Source of the DNA: Guillardia theta CCMP2712
Taxonomy: Eukaryota > Protista > Cryptophyta
DNA: 32,964 bases
Direction of reading: 5' to 3'
NCBI RefSeq assembly: GCF_000315625.1
Contig: NW_005434534.1
Span: forward strand, 1 to 32,964
A program made the translations under genes and the position numbers. The notes beneath the pieces were generated by a model. The model saw only the letters and a program-made list of their open reading frames with translations. It did no database searches and was not told the DNA's origin. This document shows, in pieces, positions 13,234 to 23,533 of this stretch. Numbering within the stretch: the stretch's first letter is position 1; every line of letters begins with the position of its first letter.

Positions 13234-14265
13234 ATGGTGGAAGACGTTCGTCAGGTAGGCGATGGAGAGCGGACGCGGGTGCATGGTGGGGCTGGGAGAC
13301 CAGAAACATGCCATGCATGCTGCCTATTGCGCTGATGTGCCTTGAACATCGTGATGATTTGCCATGACTTGACATGATAACGTGAATGTTGTCCGAGCAC
13401 TGTGGGCTGCGAACGTCTGTGTAGATGTTGATTTAGCTCATTCTAGGAGCAAGAAGTGGATCACCTGTCGGCATCAGGTGAGAGGAATCAGAAGGATGAT
13501 GTGTATGAAGGAAACATGTCTCCGCTGGCGGGAGGAAAGGATGCGATCATGTCAACGAGGACACTAGGCTTTGTCGGGGCAGCGCCATCATCGCTAGCAG
13601 GCCTTGCAAGAGGAAAGAGCTACTTTATCGACCCGTACACGCCATTCACCCCTCGACCTGATGTCTCCTTCTCTTGCTCGTCCTCCATGTGGTGACGGCA
13701 TTGCTGCAGACTCTGTCAACACGCTCACAGATCACTGGGCCCCCCCTTGCTAGCTCGAGAAGCAACCATTGGATAACGCAGACAAGGTTCCCCTCTGCTC
13801 CGTCCTCTTCCACTCACTTGAGCCGGCAGCATTGCATACCTTCCCAAACGCCTTCAGAACCATCGAATCCCAAGAACCCCCCCCGAGGTAGCTCCTCCTC
13901 CCCGCCAGTCGGTACCTTCTGGCTGATGATGCCTGGATAGACCAAGCGCGGCTTCCCCGCCTCCCCGTTTCCTCGCCCCTCCTACGATAACGGACGACCA
14001 AAGTGAGGGGATGTGAAGCGACAGGCTGAACCTCACGGGACCTCCACCAGGTTCATCGTCGGGCCCAACGGCCATCTGCTCGAGAAGTACAAGAAACCGG
14101 TATGGGGAGACAGGCGAGGAGGGCGAGAGAGGCGAGGATGGGGAGGGGAGGAGAGATGGGCTAAGATTTCATCTGAATGTCTCATGCCAGGGAAGAACTG
14201 CATTCCCAGCCGTCGAGGAGGTTGGAAGAGTTTCGTGGAATTTTAGCAAGATGGTATTGCGATAG
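13234..14265 (+). CDS. multi-exon hypothetical protein
   Basis: MVEDVRQ|gtaggc...ttctag|EQEVDHLSAS...YFIDPYTPFTPRP; later exons AEPHGTSTRFIVGPNGHLLEKYKKP|GRTAFPAVEEVGRVSWNFSKMVLR* (TAG 14263-14265). Terminal junctions are phase-consistent; no family recognised. Confidence 0.45.
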
Positions 14266-14392
14266 TCAGTGCTGCTGAATTTAACGAGAATCTTGCGCAG
14301 GGTTACGTGTGAGACTGTCTTCAAGATTTTTTTTTCTCCAAAACAAAAGCTTTCAGGAGTAAACCTCTTGGAAGGAAATCGCACCAGATGCT

Positions 14393-15136
14393 TTATTCCC
14401 TTGTCTTGTCGTCCTTCACCATCACCAACTTGTCTCTTTGAGCTTCAGTCGCTGCGAACTGATTTGACATCTCCCCGATCATCACAAGTGTTGTTGTAGA
14501 GCACAGAAAAAGGAAGGCGATCACGAGCTGCTTGGAGACGGCGAGACTGATGGTGAGCAGATCCCTCAGCCCATCCCACACGTGCTCGAATCCTTTCCAG
14601 ACCAGCACGCACAGGAACCCGTAGAGCAAGAAGTAGAGTAAGCGACCCACGTAGACACGCCTGTGAAGGACGGGAACCTCGAGCTTGATCCCCAGCAAGT
14701 TGTCGGTCAGTGAGAGTCCTGGAGGCTTCAGCTCGCCCGCGTCGTCTGAGCCCAGGGCGTTAAAAAAGGCTGAGGAGCCCATGGCGAGCAGCATGCTCGA
14801 CGAGAGAAGAACGAAGACAAGGCCAGTCAACATCCTTGCGATGCTCGGCTGATACTCGCAGTCCATGTCGCCACATACTGAGCGGGACCACAAGGAGATG
14901 AACTGTAGAGTGACGTTGGACTCCAAGAGATCAAAAATACATCCCCAGAACAAGACGACCAGGGCAAACACAAACAGAGCGTGAAGATGTTGGTGACGAT
15001 GCTGTTGTTGCTGTTGTTGATTCTTGTCTTGCCCCGCTGTCACAGCTCTACTCCACTGATCATCTTGTCGTGGTTCGATCTCAGCCTTCCCTTTCGTCCT
15101 CCTCCTTACCCCGCGATCCTTAATGTGGTGCTTCAT
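14393..15136 (-). CDS. four-TM membrane protein with two Fuseless-like W-x-G motifs
   Basis: Intact 247-aa ORF with four hydrophobic segments and an internal duplication: LVVLFWGCIFDLLE (TM1) and LCVLVWKGFEHVWD (TM3), resembling the V.xWRG.W.L.D repeat of the Fuseless family. CDS solid, family tentative. Confidence 0.6.
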   Translation of the reverse strand: MKHHIKDRGVRRRTKGKAEIEPRQDDQWSRAVTAGQDKNQQQQQQHRHQHLHALFVFALVVLFWGCIFDLLESNVTLQFISLWSRSVCGDMDCEYQPSIARMLTGLVFVLLSSSMLLAMGSSAFFNALGSDDAGELKPPGLSLTDNLLGIKLEVPVLHRRVYVGRLLYFLLYGFLCVLVWKGFEHVWDGLRDLLTISLAVSKQLVIAFLFLCSTTTLVMIGEMSNQFAATEAQRDKLVMVKDDKTRE

Positions 15137-15398
15137 CGAACTTCTACCGCCGACCCTCTTCTCTCCCTAGCTCCTCTACCTTCCCCTCCACCTCCACCTC
15201 CACCTCCACCTCCTCTTCCTCTTCCTCTTCCTCTTCCTCTTCCTCTTCCTCTTCCTCCTCCTGATTTCTTCACTTCCTCGTTACCTTGTCCCGGCCTCAT
15301 CTCTGCGATTTTTTTTGGATCGATTTATTCACCTGGTCAAATCGAATCAATCCGGTGATGTTTGGCTGCGCTGTAGCCTAGTACGTGCTGCCTTGGGA

Positions 15399-15572
15399 CA
15401 GAGCAGAGCAGAGCAGAGCAGAGCAGAGCAGAGCAGAGCAGAGCAGAGACACGGTGAGACAAGAGGAGAGGTCAAGAGCAGATACAGGAGGAGAGGTCAA
15501 GAGCAGATACAGGAGGAGAGGTCAAGAGCAGATACAGGAGGAGAGGTCAAGAGCAGAGCAGAGCAGAGCAGA
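15399..15572. repeat. (GCAGA)n microsatellite flanking ~3.5 copies of a 25-bp unit (GAGGAGAGGTCAAGAGCAGATACAG)
   Basis: Direct reading; the same GCAGA pentamer recurs at ~32043-32085. Confidence 0.9.
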
Positions 15573-15988
15573 GGAGGCAGATGACAGGACACAAAGACAC
15601 TAGAGAAGGATGATTTGAGGCATATCCATGAAGAGTAAGACGAAAAGCAGAGGAGAAGGAAGGAGAGAGGAAGAGGAGTTCAGATGTCAACACTTCTGAG
15701 ACCAGCAAGGTGAACAGAAGTCAGACAGAGAATTTGACGAGAGGGGAGGAAAGGGTTTACAGAGCATTGAAGGACCCAAGAGAGATAGAGAGAAGAGAGT
15801 TTTTAATGTCTGTTTAGGGATGCATGAAGTTTGAGGAGAGGGGCAGGTTATGGTGCGAGATGAGGCCGTTTGTGTTGTTGTGCGCGAGTGAAGTGAAGGC
15901 TAGGGAAGGCATCGGCAAGTAGCGAATTTAGGAAGGAGGAGGTTGGTAGTTGAAAAGAGGAAGTAGAGCAGGAGGGCAGCGAGAGACA

Positions 15989-16293
15989 GAAGCAGAAGAA
16001 GGGAGGGGGGGGGGGTGAAGGAAGGTGGAAGCAGAAGAAGGGAGAGGGGGGGTGAAGGAAGGTGGAAGCAGAAGAAGGGAGAGGGGGGGTGAAGGAAGGT
16101 GGAAGCAGAAGAAGGGAGAGGGGGGGTGAAGGAAGGTGGAAGCAGAAGAAGGGAGAGGGGGGTGAAGGAAGGTGGAAGCAGAAGAAGGGAGAGGGGGGGT
16201 GAAGGAAGGTGGAAGCAGAAGAAGGGAGAGGGGGGGGGAAGGAAGGTGGAAGCAGAAGAAGGGAGAGGGGGGGGGTGAAAGAAGGTGGAAGCA
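15989..16293. repeat. purine-rich minisatellite, ~37-bp unit (GAAGCAGAAGAAGGGAGAG-Gn-TGAAGGAAGGTG), ~8 copies
   Basis: Direct reading; head-to-tail copies differ mainly in G-run length; ends ~100 bp upstream of ATG 16394. Confidence 0.92.
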
Positions 16294-16393
16294 GGACTTA
16301 TTCATATCTCAGCGTTGATTGATCTGACTGCAACTTCTTCAAGTCTTCTGCCCCGTCCGCTCCTGTCGCCCTGGTTCCCCCGCCCTCCTTACC

Positions 16394-18059
16394 ATGGCCT
16401 GGATCTTCGGTGGAAGAAGACAAAGTGACGGGCAGAGAAATCAGCCGAACCCTCCTGTTGCCGTCAACAACACGGCCAACTATCGCCCTCCTCCTCCTCC
16501 ATACCGGCCCCCCGTCGCTCAACCTCAACCCCCTGCCATCCAGGCGGCGCATGCGCATGTAGCGGTGAATCAGCCGGACGCTGCGCGGGCAGCCAACGCG
16601 ATGAACCGACCAGGGGGCACGACGAGGAGGCTCAAGTATCCTGCGCTCGACCGGATCGAGATCGTGCCGGCTGCCTCCTCCTCCCAGCGCCGCCAAGAGC
16701 TGCAGGTGCTGGTGGAGCAGCTCAAGGTGATCGATGCGGACGTGCTGGTATTGTCCTCGGCAGCCCCCAAGCTTGACCTGAGGATCGAGAGCTCCATCCT
16801 GTCCGAGGCAGAGGAGAGTGTGATCAACAGGTCCAGAGACCTCGACGCGGAGCGAGAGAGGCAGCAGAAGCTGGTGAAGGAGCACCTGCGACGAGTTGAA
16901 GAGCAGCGGAGGGAGGAGCAGCACAAGGAGGAGCAGAGGAGGGAGCAAGCGAAGAGAGAACAGGAGCAGCTTGAACGAGACAACATTCAACCTACATTTC
17001 CCGTCAAAGAATCTCTGAGTGATGTATTCAACTCCTCCTCCCACCTTCTTCCTTCCTCTGCTTCTCACCTAATCCGCCAAACCTTTCTTCCTTCATTTCG
17101 GCTTTCCCTCCCGTTATTGGCATGTCATGGTGACAAAATTGGCAGAGGGAGGAAGATCAAGTCCCCATCTTTGACTTCACTATTGCTGCAGGCCCACAGG
17201 TATGCTCTCCCTCTCCTCCTCCTCCTCCACCACCACCACCACCACCTCCTCCTCCTCCTCCTCCTCTCTTCAATTTTTGTCACCTTTCTTCTGTTCCGTC
17301 CTCTTCTTAGCCTTGGTTTTCAAGCTTTGCCTCCCGCGCCCTGACGTTGAAGCAGGCGACTTTACCGGCAGACTCAGTAGCCCTACAGACTTCACACGCG
17401 TCGCAAGCTGCTGAGGGAGTGCGGGGAGGCGGCACTCCTCCTCCTCCTCCTCCTCCTCCTCTTGTACCACCTGAGGTGAGGAGCCGCGAGCGGCGGGTTT
17501 AAAGCTCCTCCATGTTGCTGACACGAGCAACTGCAGAGCACAACGATCGTCGCGTCAGATGCAGGAGGAGGAGGGGAAGAGCCTCTGAGCCCCGTGCGGT
17601 CGTGGCAGGGCTCCCCTGCCATGAAGGCGATGTTCATCCAAGAGCTTACCGACCGCGGTCACGCTGTGAAGGGTGAGGAGGAGGAGGAAGGGGGGAGGGA
17701 GGAGGGAGGAGAGGGAGGGTCTAGAGGAGGAAGAGGATCTAACAGAGGATGTAGATGTTGAACTTGTGCTGGAGATGCTGGGGGGGGACGTGGAGAAGGC
17801 GCAAAAGGCGCTGGAGGAGATGAACAAGCTGAGGCATGTGAAGCATGAGGAATGCAGGGGAAGTGACGAGATGATGGCTGCAGGGAGGAAGGATGGGAAC
17901 GCGATCGATCCGAATGGGCTGCTTGGCTTCTCAACAAGTTCCTGTAGATGTTTAAATCTCATCCACCTGCTCGTCCTCCTCGTCATCATCTTCATCGTTA
18001 TTATTGATCTCCATCGTCCTACTCCCTCCCCCTCTCTTGCTCTAGTCATCTGTGCGTGA
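16394..18059 (+). CDS. Pro-rich/coiled-coil protein with C-terminal UBA/CUE-like domain (3' end uncertain)
   Basis: Exon 1 MAWIFGGRR... has a Pro-rich stretch and an E/R/Q coiled coil. Spliced later exons give MFIQELTDRGHAVK|EDVDVELVLEMLGGDVEKAQKALEEM, resembling the UBA/CUE three-helix pattern (L..xG....L...GGDV..A...L). Confidence 0.55.
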
Positions 18060-18639
18060 AGCTGCCCTGGCGCTTGCGGAAGGTTGATCTCTCCTCGTCC
18101 GGTCCGATTCGAAGCTGAGCCGTCAGGTCCTGCATCCAGTTGGGAAGGAAGCTGCAGAGGAAGAGAAGGAGAAGTCAGAGTCAAGAGGAGGCAAGGAAGA
18201 GAAAGTTGAGACAGAGATTCTCAGGAGGAGGAGGAGGAGGAGGAGCAGCAGCAGCAGCAGACCTTATCGCTGACGTCTCCAACCCTTCTCGTCCTGCCTC
18301 CCCCTCCTCTGAAATTGTTTCCTCATGCTTCTTTGCTTCCGAGCGTGTTTGCCCTCCTTCCGGGAAGATGAAGTTTTTCTACCGGCCCAGTCAGCCTCCT
18401 CCCCCTCCCCCTCCTCCCCCTCCCCCTCCCCCTCCCCCTCCTCTCAAGTATCATGCGGCACCTTGGTTGTTGTGTCCACAGGCTCCTCCCCTTCTGGGTG
18501 CTGACTGCGAGCCTCCTCCTTCCAGCTCCCCTGCCCTCATGCTCACTGACACATCGCAGCTGCTCCTTGCTCACCTTCCCCTTGACGCCGAAGATGTTCA
18601 GGAGAAGATCCATCTGGAGCCAGCACAAGTGAGCCGGGG

Positions 18640-18671
<32 letters not shown>

Positions 18672-21600
18672 CAAGGAAGGACAGAAGGAGAAGGGGCAGA
18701 AGGAAGAGGGGCAGAAGGAGGAGGAGGAGGTAGGAGCAGGAGCAGTAGAGGCAGGAGGAGCGGGGCAATCGGGAGTAGGAGCAGGAGAAGGGGCAGGATG
18801 GAGGAGGAGGGACCTTGGCATGAAGATCTTTCACGTCCTCTGCATGCTCGTTCACTCGATCAATTCTCTGCTGCAGCTCGTCGAAGCGGCTGGTGAGCTC
18901 TTTCACTTGACTTCTCAACTGCTCCACCTCTGAACCGCCAGGGCGAAGCTCCTCCCCTCCCCTCCTCTCCTCCTCCTCCTCCTCCTCCTCCTCCTCCTCC
19001 TCCTTGACAGGCGATGGCTCTGACGAAGCTGCATTAGGATGGTCTTCCTCCTCCTCGAGGGACTGGCTGGTTTGGTGATCAGCAGCCAGTCCGTTGGCTG
19101 TGAGCTTGTCTGGGAAACGAGAGTCCGGCTTCCTCCTGACCTTGAGCAGGTCCGGATGATTCATCAGCATCATCAGCTGCAACTCTTGTCAACGTTTGCC
19201 CCTCCCTCCCTCCCTCTCCCTCTCCTCCCTCCCTCCCTCCCTCCATAACTCCCTCCCCTCTGGCTCGCTTCCTCTCACCTTCAAGCCCAGCATGGAAGCG
19301 AAACCTGCGCCGTGATGATTCTCTGCGTCCTTCAGGATGCCAGCAGCGAGCTGCCGCTGTAAAGAATGTGCTAAGCAAGCAGATGAAGAGAGAAAGTAGC
19401 GAGAAGAAGAGATAAGGGAACAGCACAGGACAGCACAGGGAGGTAGGGATAGAAGGCTTACCTGTGCAAAAAGGAGGAGCTGGTGCCATATCATATGATG
19501 GAAATCCTCATACCTGAAGTCAAGAAGCTACTCAGCTCTCGCCTAGTCCCTTGTGCTCTCACCCAAGTTCGCCCTCGTCGTTGCTGAATTTCCCGTGCGG
19601 GCCCATGCAGATCAAGTTGAAGTCATCGGGAGACAAGTAGATCTGCAATATCGTAACGACGACATCTGAAACATGCAGAAAGAGCAAAAGCAGAGCAGCA
19701 GCGGTGGTGGTGGCGGCAGCGGCAGCGGCAGCGGCAGCGGCAGCGGCAGCGGCAGCGGCAGCGGCAGCGGCAGCGGCAGCGGCAGCGGCAGCGGCAGCGG
19801 CAGCGGCAGCGGCAGCGGCAGCGGCAGCGGCAGCGGCAGCGGCAGCGGCAGCGGCAGCGGCAGCGGCAGCGGCAGCGGCAGCAGCAGCGGCAGCAGCAGC
19901 GGCAGAAGCAGCAGCGGCAGCAGCAGCGGCAGAAGCAGCAGCGGCAGCAGCGGCGGCAGAAGCAGCAGCGGCAGCAGCAGCAGCAGCGGTATTCGTCAAA
20001 ACCTCTTTAGCGGTGTGATGGAGCCACAACTTTCTGAGCCCTTCGCTCATCTCCTGGAAGGAGATGCGCCCGTTGCCGTCTATGTCAAGTTTCTGCTTCC
20101 TCCCTCAGTCGTCCTCATGCTCGACCCCTCTTATATCCTTTTCCTCCCCCCATCCTCTTCCCCTCTGTCATCCTTCTCACCTCGTAGATGGAGTGGATCC
20201 TAGCGTGCAGATCCTGCACAGACTTGAAGCTCGCGAGCTCTCGCAGAAGAGGGTCGAGAGGTCCATCCTTGCTCATCTTGAGTTGCTGCATTCAAGTCAT
20301 GTTCCCCCTCCCTTCTTCCCTCGTCCCTGGTGCTTCCTCTGCTCCTCTTACTCATTTCCTTCTTCACATTCCCTCCTTCCCTTCTTCGCCTTCCTCCTCT
20401 CCTCCTGCTCCTCTCCTCTCCTTCACTGCAATTCCTTCTCCTCCTGCTCCTCTCCTCTCCTTCTCTGCATTTCCTTCTCCTTTTACACTGATGTCACTCA
20501 CCCGTGCGATTTCAACGTCCTGCTTCTCCTTCTTCATTTGCTCTTGCGTATTCACAAACTGTTACAAGATCAGCAAACCGTGATGAGAAGCAGAGATCGC
20601 CTTCTCACCTCATCGAGCAGAACAGCAACGACGATATTCAACATGACGATATTGGTGATCAGGAAGTAAGAGATAAAGAAGAAGTTGATCTTTCAAGCAA
20701 GGTCAGCGGCCACGGGTGGAGAACCAAGAAGGTGACAAACCCCGAAGTCATGGGACAGATGCCCTGTGTTCATGGGGCGAACAACGTCTGTCACCCAGCC
20801 ATCGCCTGTTGAGATTTGAAACATCTTCCTCCCGGTGTCACTCGCAACCACATCGACAGCCACGTCATACCGTGAAGAGAGCGAGCGAGAACGACCCGAA
20901 AAGCTCCTTGTCAGAATCCCCGAAGATGATCACCGCCATCACCTGCATGCATCGCTCAACACTCGTCGCCCTCCACCGCCACGCTCCTCCTTGCCCCTCC
21001 TCCTCCTCTCCCGCTCCCTCGCCCGGTACCGAGAAGAGCGAGGACACGAGGAGGAGCACGCCGAACGCGTTGGCCACAGGGATGATGGCGGAGAGAAGCG
21101 ACTGAATGATGACGCGGAGGGACTGGAGGCGCTTGAAGAGACGGACGACCTGTAAAGCAGCAGGTCAATCCGACAAGCCCAACGCGAGTGAGAGAAGGGA
21201 ATGACGGAGAAGGGAGAAGGGAGGGGGCAGAGGACGTAGGACGGATGAGGGAGGGAGGAGGGAGAGGGGGGGGGGGGCGGGGGGAGGAGGAGGGGAGGGA
21301 GGGGAGAGGGGGGAGGAGGGAGGAGATACAGAGGAAGCAGAGAAAAGGAGGAAATGAAGAGAACCCGGAAGGTCCTGACAAGACGCAGCAAACTGACTCC
21401 CGGCAGGTTCTCGATGCCAAGAGAGATGAGAGAGATCATGACGACGGTGAAGTCAAAGACCTGAGAACGTGGTAGCTGAGCTATGGCAGACAAGACCATG
21501 ACATCAGATGAAAGCTTACATTCCATGAGTCAGTGATGAACTCCTTGAACCAGTGAGCCGTCATGTTGAGAAGGAGCTCACAGGTGAAGATGATGAGAAA

Positions 21601-22386
21601 AAAGAGCTCGAAAGCATCAAAGATGTGAGCAGCATAGCTTCCGTTCTCCGGAAGGATCTCAAAGTTGATGATGTTGATAATGAAGTTGCAGAAGATGAGA
21701 AAAGCGACGAAGAATTGAAAGAAAGGGATGTCATATAGAACTTTCGAGTAAACTTTCGCCAAAGTGAAGAAGGAGGAGTTGATACGATTCTGTCTCTCAA
21801 TCTCCTCCTTTCGCAGCCTCTCAATCTGCTCAATCCATAGCTCACATTCCTCTCGTTCGCTTGCTCGCAGAGTGTAGGCCCTCCCACTATTGAACCCATC
21901 GTGCACGGTCTGGATCTCAAAGATCCTCTCGGAAACTCGAGGCGCGCGCTCTTCCTCCGGCACCTTCTCCTGTTCCATCTCGCGGATGCTGCTGATCTGA
22001 TGCAACTTCAAGCCTCTGTTGTCGTAGAAGAGCGCGTCCAGCTCTTGCCGCTGCACGCTCGTGATCTCGTGTAAGGGGATCATGTCGGTGATGTCGGACT
22101 TGCTGCTGCCAGCAAAGAAGACATGTTGTGCCGTCAGCACAACATACCTGGTGTTCCACGTCATGTCGATGGTTTGTTTGTCCAGATTCGCTTCGAGCAC
22201 ACGATCTCTCTTTGGGGGGAGTTTGCCCCATGTAGGCTTCCATTGTCTCCTCTTGAGATCCTTGGTCGCAAGCTCTCTCAGCGACTCGAGAGAGAACAAT
22301 GTAGCATCTCCTTCCATTTCCTCCTCATCGTCACCAACCGTTGATTCCTCCTTTGCTCGTCGATTGATCAACATCACGGTTGCCAT
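18046..22386 (-). CDS. single-domain (6TM) voltage-gated Ca2+/Na+-type channel with N-terminal PH domain and C-terminal EF-hand + coiled coil (paralogue 1)
   Basis: PH: WNTRYVVLT...DMIPLHEITSV...IFEIQT...GRAYTLRASEREECELWIEQI. S1-S3: FQFFVAFLIFCNFII...FTCELLL...DSWN|VFDFTVV. S4: LLRLVRTFR|VVRLFKRL. Pore: LFGSFSLALFT|MFQISTGDGWVTDVVRPM (TGDGW 20795-20809). S6: FFFISYFLITNIVMLNIVVAVLLDE. EF loop DIDGNGRISFQE (20051-20086). Distal 3' exons less certain. Confidence 0.9.
19695..19990. repeat. (GCGGCA)n / (GCA)n compound microsatellite inside an intron of channel paralogue 1
   Basis: Direct reading; lies between the EF-hand exon and the IYLSPDDFNL exon. Confidence 0.9.
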
Positions 22387-22762
22387 CTCTCAACAAGCTC
22401 CGAGCAAGGTGGATGTAAGAGGTCGCAACCACCTTGCGAGGCTGAGCTGATAATGTCGATACTGAAAAGCGTCAACAGTGTTCTCCAGTTCTCTTTGGCA
22501 ACGAGACGGGTCTCATTCAATCATCAACAAGAACTGAACTCCGGATTATCCCTGAAAACACGATTAGAGAAAATCGTGGGGTAATACAGTCAGATGCAGA
22601 GTTTACATGTAACAACAAACAATCTGTGGAGGAGGGGGGGGCACAACGTGTGTCTCATGTCAGGATTTAAGATGAGTTGGATTCAGCTGATTTCAGCACA
22701 AGAAGATCGCCTAGCTGATCATGTGCTAACGGTGGGGCATGAGATTTCCACGGAGCTTGAAG

Positions 22763-22862
22763 GAGAAGCGGAAGAGAAGCGGAAGAGAAGCGGAAGAGAA
22801 GCCATGAACGAGGAGAAGCGGAAGAGAAGCGGAAGAGAAGCGGAAGAGAAGCCATGAACGAG
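22763..22862. repeat. two copies of a ~50-bp unit built from an 11-mer (GAGAAGCGGAA)x3 plus GAGAAGCCATGAACGAG
   Basis: Direct reading; upstream of channel paralogue 1. Confidence 0.85.
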
Positions 22863-22964
22863 GCAGAGGCGGGGAGGAGAAGGAAAGCGCTTGGTGGCAT
22901 GCTCTATCGTGCCTGCATTCATTTCCTTCTCTCAACCAGCAGCACCGAGGCGTGTCTGAATAGA

Positions 22965-23420
22965 CATGGTGGGGTCATGGGAGGGGTGGGGTGTGAAGGC
23001 GGGTCATTATAAACTTATGACTGGGGTGGGGTACTAAGATGATGGGGTATACGAATACCTGTGTCTGGGGGTCACATGAAAGAAGGGGTACTTTGATTGA
23101 GGTGGAGGTGGTCAGAAGGTCAATGGAACAGGTACAGGTGTGGGGTAGGGTGATTCCAAGGGGTAGGTACGGAAACAGGCCTCAGAGTACTGAAAATGGA
23201 ACGGAGCAGCCGTATCTAAAATGTGAAAAGCATTTTCAAAACTTCAGGGAAATATCCTGATACGTTGAATCCCTCATCAAAGATTTGAATATTAAATTTT
23301 GAAAAACTATTGCCCTATGGAAATTTTGAGACCCGACCAGTACCCCCTTAGGTTCAACCACCCCTAGGTTCGCATACCCACCCCTCGACCACCTCTGGCT
23401 TCAAGTACCCACCCCCCTCA
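22965..23420. promoter_or_regulatory. GGGGTA cluster followed by TACCCC cluster in a divergent intergenic region
   Basis: G-strand motifs at ~22972, 23023, 23044, 23068, 23086, 23142 and 23160; an AT-rich core; C-strand motifs at ~23341, 23359, 23376 and 23406. Confidence 0.35.
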
Positions 23421-23533
23421 GCCTCCATGTGGTCATTCCTCCTTTTTACTTGATGACAAAGTGTTAGCCGCATATGATGGGTGACCATAATCACATCAAT
23501 TCGGTTTAGATCTGAGCGGTTTAGTTACACCGG

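Noticed and set aside
15989-16293. ~37-bp repeats as a CRISPR array
   Set aside because: Units are head-to-tail with no unique spacers, there are no cas genes, and the context is an intron-rich eukaryote.
19559-20203. Poly-Ala and poly-(Gly-Ser) ORFs
   Set aside because: Products of an intronic GCGGCA microsatellite between two channel exons.
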